The notes under the pieces were generated by a model. It was not told the DNA's origin. It did no database searches and saw only the letters and a list, made by a program, of their open reading frames with translations. The position numbers were made by a program, and so were the translations under genes. Shown here one piece after another: positions 30,301-39,600 of a stretch of DNA of 64,000 nucleotides (within the stretch, counting starts at the first letter, position 1; every line of letters starts with the position of its first letter). Origin of the DNA: Candidatus Krumholzibacteriia bacterium. GTDB lineage: Bacteria; Krumholzibacteriota; Krumholzibacteriia; LZORAL124-64-63. The stretch lies in NCBI GenBank assembly GCA_050174015.1, contig JBFXKG010000004.1, positions 1 to 64,000 on the forward strand, in the 5' to 3' direction.

Positions 30301-30505
30301 TCTTGCCGCCCCCGTGCACGGCGTCGAGGGCGGCGATGCGACCGCTCATGACGGCGGGCCCGATTTCCCGGGCCCGCAGATCGCCGAAAACGTGGCTGCC
30401 GATCTCGATGCCGGCGGTGGAGTCCTCCCCGCCGGCCCGGGCCGCATCCGGCCCCGTCGCCAGGGCCAGCAGGCCCAGGCACGTCCAGAGAATCCTGTTC
30501 AGCAT
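27389..30505 (-). CDS. Secreted VPS10/BNR-repeat beta-propeller glycosyl-hydrolase-like protein
   Basis: Signal peptide; many S/TxDGGxTW Asp-box repeats; GGLQDNGSW, GTHGRG. Confidence 0.88.
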   Translation of the reverse strand: MLNRILWTCLGLLALATGPDAARAGGEDSTAGIEIGSHVFGDLRAREIGPAVMSGRIAALDAVHGGGKTILVGAASGGVWRSRNGGVTFKPVFDEHNQSIGAITIDQARPDTVWVGTGEVWVRNSVSVGDGVYRTTDGGDTWTRMGLQDSERIAEIVIHPTDPATVYVAVLGHLWNANDQRGLYRTTDSGATWERILFVDGNTGCSDIAMDPRDPAVLYAAMWDFRRLPYTFRSGGPGSGLYKSSDGGATWTELRDGMPEGELGRIAIAVSPVDPDRIYAAVESAESAFYRSDDAGAAWEKVNTQEGVKGRPFYFHLLIADPRDPDRCYKTSQPLLVTRDGGKTFGGLGGWMHVDQHALWIDPDDPTHMIAGNDGGVYTTYNRGDGWQHAANLPVSQFYRVAVDDRRPFRIYGGLQDNGSWYAPSRSPSGIENGDWENLGGGDGFAVAIDRTDQDLVYWEWQGGNLNRMDLRTGESKDVKPLPGAGEPEFRWNWNTPVVTTGGKRARLFTGSQFLHVSRDRGESWERLSGDLTTDDPQKLRQEESGGLTIDNTTAENHCTIFTIGPSPLDPDVIWVGTDDGNLQLTTDGGRRFTELSGRLPGLPPATWISCVEPSRFDDEVAFVTCDGHRNGDMATYVYATGDGGETWEDLTAGDITGYAHVIRQDPVNPDLLFLGTEHGLYVTLDRGRHWARFEEEFPPVPVNDLVFQERTGSLVIGTHGRGVWVLDDLAPLRQITAPVLEAEVAILVSSPAVLSTPVWKSFSPGDGYYVAGNPDRSARMVYYLKKRHMFGEMKLEIFTPEGELLKVLPGSKRKGLNIVSWSPRLKPPKVAPSPALDPATSYAGAVGPAAPEGVYTYRLTKGKEVHEGTVAVTYDEDYPHSRADRAEQQHLVQELYGMLARLAYVADAVTSVRDTVLARADDPAAGEALAADLRALADELDVLHGDLVVTEEVQGISGQRRLRENVVRLYAAVSGFGGRPTQSQVDRLEVFRTEIEGADRRFGELAGARLDGLNARLTAAGLAPVRVLTEEEFRNRE

Positions 30506-30552
30506 GGTTCCCCCGTTCGGCAGGGGCCGCGCGGCCCGTCCCGGCTGTGATG

Positions 30553-31311
30553 CTACTCGGTCTTGGCGGCGGGGGCCGGCATCACGAACTGGTCGTCGGC
30601 GATCTCCACCCCGTACTCCACCGTTTCCATCATCATCTGCATCATGGTCACGCCGTTGCTCTTGGTCTCGACCGCGAAGGGCATGACGATCCCGTCCACT
30701 TCCTGGTAGTCGCTCATGTAGCTGTCCTGCTCGACCACGGTCTCGTCGATGGTGATGGTCGAGTGGCTCTTGATGGGCAGGAAGTATTCCTTGTCGATGA
30801 ACATGTCCACGATGATGTCCAGCTTGGTGTCGATGCGGAGCTTGTAACAGGGCGTGCCCTCGACGTCCTCCTCGCCCAGGTACTCGGCGGTGTAGCCCTT
30901 GTCCTTGTAGCCCACCAGGGCGCCGTCCATGTCCGCCTGCAGGGAGAAGCCCTTGGTGGCGGTCTCGTCCATGGGCTGGGGATCCATGGAACCCATCATG
31001 GGGTTGATGGACCAGCCCTGCTTCCCGTCGTAGGCCTGGGTCATGGTCATGCCCATGACCTGGGCGTCGAGCCGCAGGAGATCGGGCCGCTTCTGGTACA
31101 TCGTGAAGGGGATCTCCATCCCCTGGGCCATGACCTTGCCGGTGATCTTCGCCGACGTCTTGCCCTTGATGGCCTTCTCGCCGCCGGTGGCCTCGATGCT
31201 CTTCCTGATGAGCTCGTCGGCGTCCATGGCCGCAGCCGTCACGGCCACACCCAGCATCAGCAACAGGGCGCCGAGGGTCACGAGGGTCGAAATCCGGGTC
31301 GTCTTCTTCAC
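30553..31311 (-). CDS. LolA-like outer-membrane lipoprotein-sorting protein
   Basis: Signal peptide; IEATGG..KRP..YDGKQGW..GEEDVEG..YKL pattern. Confidence 0.7.
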   Translation of the reverse strand: MKKTTRISTLVTLGALLLMLGVAVTAAAMDADELIRKSIEATGGEKAIKGKTSAKITGKVMAQGMEIPFTMYQKRPDLLRLDAQVMGMTMTQAYDGKQGWSINPMMGSMDPQPMDETATKGFSLQADMDGALVGYKDKGYTAEYLGEEDVEGTPCYKLRIDTKLDIIVDMFIDKEYFLPIKSHSTITIDETVVEQDSYMSDYQEVDGIVMPFAVETKSNGVTMMQMMMETVEYGVEIADDQFVMPAPAAKTE

Positions 31312-31392
31312 GTCAGGTCCTCCAGGGCAAGGGTGTCGGGCATGGCGGCCGCGGCGGCCGCCCTTCTTCTCGGCGTTGACTGTCGTTCGCGT

Positions 31393-33675
31393 TCAGTTCC
31401 AGACGACGGACCGACGGCCCGCCCCGTCCGGGCGGACCCGGCCGGTCCTCGGATCCTTACCCGGCAGGACCAGACGGTATTCCCAGTCCGGTCCGGGCTC
31501 GTCGAGGAATTCGAGTTCTATCGTGGGATCCCCCTTGTCCCCCTTCACCGTCAGCAGGCAGGGTGTGGGTCCGATGCGCGTGCGCACCGAAAGCCGGGGC
31601 CAGGCCGCCGGCAGGTGCGGCGCGATCACCACCTGCGGTGGGGTGGCCGTCAGGTCCACCTGCAGTCCGGCGAAGTCCTGGGCCGCGTTGCGCAGGAGCT
31701 CGGCCAGGGACCAGGCCTGGCTGGTGGCCCCGCCGAACTCGTCGTTGCTCTCGGCGCGCGCCCCGTCGCGGATCTCCTGCAGGGTGCCGACCGCCCCCTC
31801 GTCCAGGATCTCGTCGAGCAGCATTCGGGTCTGGCCGAAGCCGTCCGTCGGGTCGTTCAGCGCGGAGACGTACGCCCCGGAGAGCCAGAGCCACACGTCG
31901 CCGTTGTGGTACGCCTCGTCGTAGTAATAGTTGCCCAGGTCCAGGTGCCGGGGATGGAAGGCGGGATCGGCTTCCGTCAGCGACTGCACGCCCCAGGGCT
32001 TGACCACCTCCCGGGCCGCTTCCGCGGTGACCGCTTTCCTCTGCTCCGGGGTGAACAGGGTCGGCGAGGCCAGGATCGCCAGCAGGCCGTTGGGGCGAAT
32101 CTGACCGTCCCGGCTTCCGTCGGGATTCAGGTGGTCGACCAGGCGTCCGTCCTGCCAGAACCGGGCGTGGAACGCGGCGGCCAGCTTGTTCGCCAGGTCT
32201 TCGTAGCGACCCGCGGCTGTCAGGTCGTCCGTGGCCGCCGCCAGGCGAGAGGCGGTCAATAGACCCCTGTGCCACAGGGCCTGCACTTCGACCGCCCGGT
32301 TGCCCCGGGGCGAGTAGGGATGCTCGGTGCCGCCGGCGTCCATCCAGGTCTCGCCGTCCCCGTGGACCAAGAACAGCTCATCGTCCACCGCGGTGGCCAG
32401 GGCCCCTTCGACCGCGCGCTCGACGACCGGAGCCATGTCGGCGGCGAAGGCGGTGTCGCCCGACCAGCGCCACAGCTCGTCCACCGCGCGGGTGAACCAC
32501 CAGGTGCCGTCGATGCTGGCGTATTGCACCTGGTCGACCGTCACGAAGTTGGGCACGCGGCCCCAACGGGGGCTCTGCGGGTCGATGTCCTGATAATCCG
32601 CGAACGAGCGCAGCAGGGCCTGGGCGGTCGCGAAGTCGCCGCCCGTGATGCAGGCACCTGGGAGGCTGATGAAGGTGTCGCGGCCCCAGTAGGTGGTGAA
32701 CCAGTAGAAGCCCGCGTAGATGCCCAGGCCACGCTGGTTCATGATCAGGTTGCCCAGGGAGATGCGGGCCCAGGCCAGGGCGCGGTCGTCCCGCTCGTCG
32801 CCGGTGGTGATGGCCGTGCGGTCGACGAGCTCCTGCAGGCGGTCGCGGCGGGCGAGCGCGAGGTCGAAGGCTGCGGCCATCAGCTCGCCGGCTCGCAGGG
32901 CGGCGTCGCCGGGCTGGACATCAGCGGCGAAGACCGCCTCGACCCGGCCACTGGGCACCTGGGGCGGGATGCGTCCGTCGATCGTCCCGGGCAGGTAGGG
33001 CGAGGCCTCGGCCATGGCCTTGCGGGCCAGGCTCTTGGGATAGGTCACCGACTGGAAGCGGCCGTCGGGCGTGAACCCGGCCGCCCCGCGCACCTTGACC
33101 GCCAGCCAGCGCGGATGGGCGGGATCGGGCTCGGCCGTCAGGGCGTCCTGACGGCAGACCAGCAGGGCGCCGTCCTCCCAGCGCACCTCGTAGCCCGGCC
33201 GGCCCACCTTCCACAGGAAGCGCATGTCGATGCGGGGCACCAGGGCGAAGGTCCCCGAGGGCACCCCGTCGTAGACCACCCGGAACCCGTTCTCGCGGTC
33301 GAACAGCTCGACGGTCTCGGTCACCGTGCTCCCGTCGGGCAGCCGGTGCAGGCGGACCAGGCGGTCCGGGGCGACCGTGGCCTCGACCGCGGTCCCGGGG
33401 CCCAGTTCGGTTCCGTCCTCCAGCCTGAGGGTCCAGCCGTCCACCACCTCGTGCATGGCGACGTAGAAGCCGTGGTAGCTGCGGGTGTCGGGGCCCACCG
33501 CCTCGCCCGCCAGATGGGCGGCGCCCTTGTCGGTGAAGATGAACTCCCGGGGATGGTCGGGGGTCACCGTGATCGCCAGCTCGTCCAGGGTGACGCCGGC
33601 CGCGGGGACGGCCCCGCCGCCCGCCGGACCGGCCAGGAGGGCCCCAGCCAGGACCGAAAGAATTCGCTTGTCCAT
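31393..33675 (-). CDS. Exported amylo-alpha-1,6-glucosidase-like (GDE C-terminal / GH133-like) protein
   Basis: AGFYWF..WGRDTFISLPG, TWMDA, VEVQALW, IRPN, YHNGDVW, QAWS. Confidence 0.85.
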   Translation of the reverse strand: MDKRILSVLAGALLAGPAGGGAVPAAGVTLDELAITVTPDHPREFIFTDKGAAHLAGEAVGPDTRSYHGFYVAMHEVVDGWTLRLEDGTELGPGTAVEATVAPDRLVRLHRLPDGSTVTETVELFDRENGFRVVYDGVPSGTFALVPRIDMRFLWKVGRPGYEVRWEDGALLVCRQDALTAEPDPAHPRWLAVKVRGAAGFTPDGRFQSVTYPKSLARKAMAEASPYLPGTIDGRIPPQVPSGRVEAVFAADVQPGDAALRAGELMAAAFDLALARRDRLQELVDRTAITTGDERDDRALAWARISLGNLIMNQRGLGIYAGFYWFTTYWGRDTFISLPGACITGGDFATAQALLRSFADYQDIDPQSPRWGRVPNFVTVDQVQYASIDGTWWFTRAVDELWRWSGDTAFAADMAPVVERAVEGALATAVDDELFLVHGDGETWMDAGGTEHPYSPRGNRAVEVQALWHRGLLTASRLAAATDDLTAAGRYEDLANKLAAAFHARFWQDGRLVDHLNPDGSRDGQIRPNGLLAILASPTLFTPEQRKAVTAEAAREVVKPWGVQSLTEADPAFHPRHLDLGNYYYDEAYHNGDVWLWLSGAYVSALNDPTDGFGQTRMLLDEILDEGAVGTLQEIRDGARAESNDEFGGATSQAWSLAELLRNAAQDFAGLQVDLTATPPQVVIAPHLPAAWPRLSVRTRIGPTPCLLTVKGDKGDPTIELEFLDEPGPDWEYRLVLPGKDPRTGRVRPDGAGRRSVVWN

Positions 33676-33744
33676 CCCCGATTCCCCTCTACTTTGATGC
33701 GCCGGTTCCCGGTCGCGCTCCAGACATCAACCCGGTGGTCCGCC

Positions 33745-34101
33745 ATGAACCGCACCCTCGTGACCGTCGCCCTGCTCTGCCTGAGCAACGTCTTCATGAC
33801 CTTCGCATGGTACGGCCATCTGCGCAATCTTTCGCACAGGCCGTGGATCATCGCGGCCCTGGTCAGCTGGGGCATCGCCCTGTTCGAGTACCTGCTGCAG
33901 GTGCCCGCCAACCGCATCGGCCACCAGACGATGTCGGTGGGGCAGCTGAAGATCCTTCAGGAGGTGATCACCCTGACTGTGTTCGTGCCGTTCGCCGTCT
34001 TCTACCTGAGGGAAAAGCTGACCCTGGACTACCTGTGGGCAGGGCTGTGCCTGCTGGGAGCGGTGTTCTTCCTGTTCCGGGCCCGGCTGGCGGGGGGTTG
34101 A
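33745..34101 (+). CDS. Small DMT-family membrane protein
   Basis: SNVFMTFAWYGHL, SWGIALFEY..QVPANRIG, QLKILQEVITL. Confidence 0.9.
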   Translation: MNRTLVTVALLCLSNVFMTFAWYGHLRNLSHRPWIIAALVSWGIALFEYLLQVPANRIGHQTMSVGQLKILQEVITLTVFVPFAVFYLREKLTLDYLWAGLCLLGAVFFLFRARLAGG

Positions 34102-34102
34102 C
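34089..34102 (+). repeat. 14-bp direct repeat, left copy
   Basis: GGCGGGGGGTTGAC, identical to 35887..35900; includes DMT stop codon. Confidence 0.85.
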
Positions 34103-34122
34103 TCAGGCCCATCGGGCCCGTA

Positions 34123-35298
34123 TCAGCGGAACTGGGCCTTGAGGTCACCCCAGTTCATGGTTTCCGCCCCGACCGGCATGCCGATGTAGGGGATATAGTC
34201 CACAATGTAATCGCAGGTGTGGATCCACGAGGCGATGGTGTCGGCGTCGGTTGTGCCCCAGTCGTTGTCGGTCATGTTCAGGTGGGGAAGGTCCGGGGTG
34301 AGGATATCTTCGCAGGTCGATGGTTGCCAAACCGTGAATTGGGGCCCGTGCGCTAGAATACAATTTTGGACATTCATCCAGCCGATGGAATCGATATGGA
34401 TCGAGCAGACATCGACATCGGTGAATAAACAATTTCGCAAATCCAGACCAGTGGTCGATCTATAAGTAAACACAGCAGAGGCCTGGCGGTCGAAAGTACA
34501 ACCTTGGACATTTGCCGACATCCTTTCCACATCAAGTCCTCTTATTGATTGGCCGACAAACCGACAATTATTTACAGTCGCAACATTATCCGGGGTACCG
34601 ATGATCCTCAATCCATATTTCCCTTCATAGAAATCACAATCTCTAATTATTACTTCAGTCGTATAATCAAATTGAACAGCGTTTTGAAGACCGTCACTAT
34701 TCTCATCCAATACAAATGTACACCCCGAAACCTCCGCCCTCATACAGGAAATGGCTGTCAACGACCTCCTCCATCCCATGGCAGTCCTTTCAAATAAACA
34801 ATCTCTCACATCAATTCCATTGGATTCCCCACACATGATTCCCCCGACATTGTCCGAAAATCTGCAATTGGAAATGATGAATTCCGGTCCAGGTCCCCCC
34901 ATGATTCCAAAAAACAAGTTCTCAAAGGCGATTCCATTGACCCTTACCAAATAGCTACCAAAATAGGGACTTCCTTCAAGCCCCCGGTCATACCCCTGGT
35001 CAATGGAATAGGGATCCTCTGGCCCGATGATCGTCTGGTTCGGACCTGCTCCGATCAAAGTCAATTCCTGCCGGGTCACCAACACCCGCACGAATTCCGT
35101 CCAGCCCGGTGTCGTCACCATCCGGCCCTCGTTGTAACGACCCGGTCCGATCATGATCGTATCCCCCGAGGCCGATGAATCCACCGCGTCCTGGATCACC
35201 CCGAAGTCTCCCGTCCCGTCCCGCTCCACCCGCCAGACCCGGGCCTGGGCAGCCTGGGCAACCAGCACGATCACCATCAAAACTATCATCCTGGCCAT
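34123..35298 (-). CDS. Secreted beta-helix protein with WGDLKAQFR tail
   Basis: Signal peptide, WRVERDGTGDF..IQDA..GDTI, repeated xCxF rungs, NDWGT; GGAGG RBS. Confidence 0.88.
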   Translation of the reverse strand: MARMIVLMVIVLVAQAAQARVWRVERDGTGDFGVIQDAVDSSASGDTIMIGPGRYNEGRMVTTPGWTEFVRVLVTRQELTLIGAGPNQTIIGPEDPYSIDQGYDRGLEGSPYFGSYLVRVNGIAFENLFFGIMGGPGPEFIISNCRFSDNVGGIMCGESNGIDVRDCLFERTAMGWRRSLTAISCMRAEVSGCTFVLDENSDGLQNAVQFDYTTEVIIRDCDFYEGKYGLRIIGTPDNVATVNNCRFVGQSIRGLDVERMSANVQGCTFDRQASAVFTYRSTTGLDLRNCLFTDVDVCSIHIDSIGWMNVQNCILAHGPQFTVWQPSTCEDILTPDLPHLNMTDNDWGTTDADTIASWIHTCDYIVDYIPYIGMPVGAETMNWGDLKAQFR

Positions 35299-35381
35299 GA
35301 CGGCTCTCCTCCGCACATTTCTCGCAATCCATGAATTCAGGGCAGACGGGCCCGTCAGCCCCGGCCCGGCAGATTCTTCAC

Positions 35382-35778
35382 CTACTTCAAAAGGACCAAC
35401 GGCTTGCTGATTACCAGAACTCCGGCCTCAAGCCTCGCGAAGTACACCCCGCTGGCCACATGGCCGCCGCTCTCGTCCCGACCGTCCCATATGCGGGCGT
35501 GCTCGCCCGCCTCAAGGGCCCCAACCTCCAGGTTCCGGACCATGCGGCCCCGAAGGTCATAGATCTCCAGCTTCACTAAGAACGTGGATGAAAATTCCGA
35601 TCCAGGCGGAATCGAGGGTGGTCTGGTAGGCCGGAGCCTGCTGGTTCAGAAGGAGAGAGTCTGGTGTGGCGGGCACGGTGTTACAGTCCAGGTACTGGGC
35701 CGTGGAAACCCCTCCACACAATAAAAAACCTGCCGCAACCAGCAGACATCCAAACCAGGTGAAACGATGGATAGGCAT
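35382..35778 (-). pseudogene. Internally deleted secreted-protein gene (signal peptide fused out of frame to an FlgD-like CTD half)
   Basis: MPIHRF..IGIFIHVL then frame switch near 35577 to VKLEIYDLRGR..WDGRD..SGVYF..LVLLK*. Confidence 0.75.
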
Positions 35779-35835
35779 GATGGTCCTCCCTGAAATAGAT
35801 CATCGATATGGGGGACGGATTCCCGTCCCAGCCTG

Positions 35836-35864
35836 ATGATATCGCCGCCCAAATTCTCGATCAA
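35836..35864 (-). promoter_or_regulatory. sigma70-like promoter inside the repeat-bounded segment
   Basis: TTGATC-17bp-TATCAT. Confidence 0.5.
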
Positions 35865-35886
35865 TGGATATGATCAAGCCGACTCG

Positions 35887-35900
35887 GGCGGGGGGTTGAC
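35887..35900 (+). repeat. 14-bp direct repeat, right copy
   Basis: GGCGGGGGGTTGAC. Confidence 0.85.
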
Positions 35901-35947
35901 GCGGACCTCCCCCCGTAGGATCATCATGGCCAACGAGGAGGGAGACC

Positions 35948-36610
35948 ATGCCGAAAATCCTGACCGCCATCCTGACCTGCCTGCTGCTTGTCCCGGCCGC
36001 CCTGGCCGACCAGACCGTCCTGTCCCCGGTCCTCTGCGGCCACGACGAGCGGGAGGACGCCCCGTCCCCCTGCCTCCAGGAGGACGCCTTCACCGCAGGG
36101 GTGGCCTCGGCCGACCTGTCGCTGATGACCGGCGGCCAGAGCTGGGGCTGCAACTCCGAGTGGGCCGCGTTCGTGGAGTTCGACCTGTCCTGGCTGCCGC
36201 CCGAGCATCAGGTCATGTCCGCCACCTTGACCGTGCGCAAGACCGGCTACTCCGACGACTCCCAGGGCTTCTTCTATCTGGGGGTCTTCCCCTACTTCGC
36301 CACCGGTGGGCCCATGGCCGTCCCCCGCGACGATCTGGATCCCGACACCGCCCTGGACGTTACCTATCCCCCCGCGGCCAACGTCGATCTGGTGCTGGAC
36401 GTCACCGCCGGTGTGCAGGACCTGCGCCTGAACGGGCACGACCGCATCGGCCTGATCCTGGCGGGCATCTTCTCGGAGGCAGGGTACGAGGACTGGATCT
36501 CCATCGGCGGTTGCGGGCATCCGAACCCGCCGCGCCTAGCCCTCGAGTATGAAGGAACCGTCGATGCCGAGGCGCAGTCCTGGTCCGGTGTGAAGTCCCT
36601 GTTCCGGTGA
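35948..36610 (+). CDS. Secreted protein (DNRLRE/CBM96-like fold possible) with WSGVKSLFR tail
   Basis: Signal peptide; FVEFDLS..SATL..DVT..PRL; strong RBS. Confidence 0.75.
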   Translation: MPKILTAILTCLLLVPAALADQTVLSPVLCGHDEREDAPSPCLQEDAFTAGVASADLSLMTGGQSWGCNSEWAAFVEFDLSWLPPEHQVMSATLTVRKTGYSDDSQGFFYLGVFPYFATGGPMAVPRDDLDPDTALDVTYPPAANVDLVLDVTAGVQDLRLNGHDRIGLILAGIFSEAGYEDWISIGGCGHPNPPRLALEYEGTVDAEAQSWSGVKSLFR

Positions 36611-36668
36611 CGAATCGGGGCTCCCGGCCCGCGCCGGGAGCCCCTGCCGCCGCTGGTCCCTCCGATCC

Positions 36669-39600
36669 CTAACGCAGCAACAGCATCTTCAGCGACTGGT
36701 CGATGCCCGCGCCGCGCAGGCGGTACAGGTACACGCCCGAAGGCACGGCTGCACCGTCGGCGGTGCGGCCGTCCCACTCGGCGGTCCGCTCGCCACCCGG
36801 CACGAAGCCGTCGACAAGGACGCGGACCAGGCGGCCCTTCAGGTCGAAGACCTCCAGCTTGACCGTCCCCCCCTCGGGCGGCATCGCGAAGTGGATCACC
36901 GTCGCGGGGTTGAACGGGTTGGGGGCGTTGTGGAGCAGGCCGGTCTTCAGGGGGATCTCCGGCACCGGGGTTACCAGGTCCTCGTAGAGCGCGAAGGCCA
37001 GGTCGATCGACTGTCCGAACAGCTCGTGCTGCGGCGGATAGACGAGTTCACCCCAGGGTCCGGCATAGGGTTCGATCCCCAGGCCCCAGACCGCGTCGTC
37101 GTTCCAGTGGTCCATGGTGGTCTTCCAGCCGAAGTGCGCCATCGGATCCAGGGGTCGGGCCTGGACGTCCAGCCAGTAGACCACCGCCTCGTTTTCGGTC
37201 CCTTCCTGGATGAACGCCAGGTGCGGATCGACGTGGAACTTGTAGAGCCAGCAGGTCCAGTCCGCCGGGAAGACGTACCGGTCGGGCGGATCCATCCACC
37301 CTTCCTCGATGAGGTCGGCGAACATCTCCGCCTCGAAGTCGGCCGGCTCGAAGGTGTTCATCCAAAGGACCTCGCCCGGCATGCTGTAGCCGGTGGGACT
37401 CTGGTCGGCCGGGATGTCGGCATGGAAGCTCAAGGTGAACTGGACGGCCCGCGGGTCCAGCTGGAACGGCAGGTAGTCGTTCAGCCAGGAACCCCAGACG
37501 TGGACGTCGGTGACCGGTCCGGTAGTCGTGCACAGGAAGTCGTCGGCCAGCACGTAGGTGTTCCCGGCCTCGTCCACCGACGCGTTCACGTCGATGCCGA
37601 AGGGGCTGAGGTCCGGGTGCTGGATCCACTTGAAGACGTACCGGTCCTCGATGAAGACCTCGTAGTCCTCGATCTCGCCGTCGGGCAGCGCTCCGGTCGG
37701 CAGGATCCCGTCGGGACCCAGGCCGCCCATCGAGCTGAACCGGAAGCGGGCGAAGGTCACGGCGTTTTCCGCCGCGCCGGCCGGCACGGTGAACGCCAGG
37801 TTGTTGACTCCGGGGTTCAGGGCCACCGAGCCGTAGATCAGCTCCGAGGCCTCGAACATGCCGTTGGCGTTGAAGTCCAGCCAGGCGTCCAGCAGGCCGG
37901 CGGCCGACGCGGTCACGTCCACCGTCGCCGTCTGGCCGACCTTAAGCACCGAGGTGAAGACCACGCCGTCCTCGTCGTCGAAGTTCGCCAGATCGTCCCC
38001 GGTGGCCGAGGCGTCGGGCTGACCGTCGAACTCCGCATCGACCAGGGCGCCCAGATGGAATCCCGGGACGATCAGGTGGCGCGGCCCGTTGCTGGCCAGC
38101 AGGGTGCGGTAATTGAAGTCGGGCGCGTCGCCGAAGTCGAGTTCCTCCTGGATCTCGGTGCCCATGATGCGGAACGCCAGGTCCATGGACTCGGGATGGA
38201 GCTCATGCTGCGGCGGGTAGATCAGCTCGTACCAGGGACCCGGGTACGGCTCCTGGCCGATGCCCCACACCGCGTCGTCGTTCCAGTGGTCCAGGCTGCT
38301 CTTCCAGCCGAAGTAGGCCTCCGGATCGTGGGGGAAGGCCTTGACGTCCAGCCAGTAGACCACGGGGTTGGCCTCGGTGCCCGTCTGACGGAAGGCGACC
38401 GTGGGGTCGATGGCGAAAGTGTACTGCCAGCAGGTGTAGTCGGCCGGGAAGATGTACTCGTCGGGAGGGTTCAGCCACCCCTCGACGATGTCGACCACCA
38501 TCGGCTCGGCCTGGAACGAGGCCGCCGGGAAGCCCCATTCCCAGAGCTCCTCGCCGGGCATGCTGTATTCCGTCGGGCTCTGGTCGGCGGGGATGTCCTT
38601 GTGGATGCTCAGCACGAAGTCCATGGCCAGGGGATCCTGGCCGAAGGGCAGGTAGTCGTTGAGCCAGGACCCGAAGATCGTGATCTCGGTCAGCAGGCCG
38701 GGGCTTGTGCACAGGAAGTCGTCGGCCAGGATGAAGCCCGGCGTCCCGTGGATGGGCGAGCAGTTGACGTCGATGCCCGTCGGCATGAGGTCCGGCCGCT
38801 GCCACCACTTGTACGCGTGCTGCATCTCGATGAAGACCCGGTGGTCCTCCACCTCGCCGTCGGGGATCCCGCCGGTGGGATAGGGTCCGGCCGGGCCCAG
38901 GTTGCCGCCGGTGCTGAACCTGAACCTGGCGAAGGTGAACGTGTTCTGGACCGAACCGGGAGGCACCATGAAGCTCAGGCTGTTGAGCCCGGCCGGCAGG
39001 GGCAGGGAGGCGAAGATCTGCTCCGTCGGATCCCAAGTCCCGCTCAGATCGAAGTCCACCCAGGCGTCCAGCATCCCGCCGCCCGAACAGGTGACGTCCA
39101 CGGTGGCGGGCTGGCCCGGCAGGAGGGTCGAGGTGAAGGCCACCCCGTCCTCGTCCGGCAGTCCGTTGTTGTCGTCGCCGGTGGCCGTGGGATCCGGCTG
39201 GCCGTCGGGTTCGCCGTCGATGAGGTTCCCCAGGTACAGGGGGCCCACCAGGTGCATGGGGCCGTTGTTTGCGGCAAAGGTGGGATAGGTCGGGTCGGGC
39301 GCGTCGCCGAAGTCGAACTCCTCGGTGATCTCCGGGCCGTCGAGCACATAGGCCAGGTCGATGGAATCACCCGGCCAAGGGTGGCCCAGGGGATAGCGCA
39401 GCTCCCACCAGATGCCGGGCATGGGCGCCGGCCCCTCGCCCCAGACCGCGTCGTCGTTCCAGTGGTCCAGGCTGGTCTTCCAGCCGAACCGCTGGGTGCC
39501 GTCCCCCAGGGGGAAGGCCTTGACCCCGATCCAGTAGACCACCGGTTCCTGGGGAGAGCCCTGCTGGTAGAAGGCCTCCAGTTCGGGGATGGAGAAGTTG

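Noticed and set aside
34123..35298. Classical diversity-generating retroelement
   Set aside because: No reverse transcriptase and no TR/VR pair differing only at adenines in this window.
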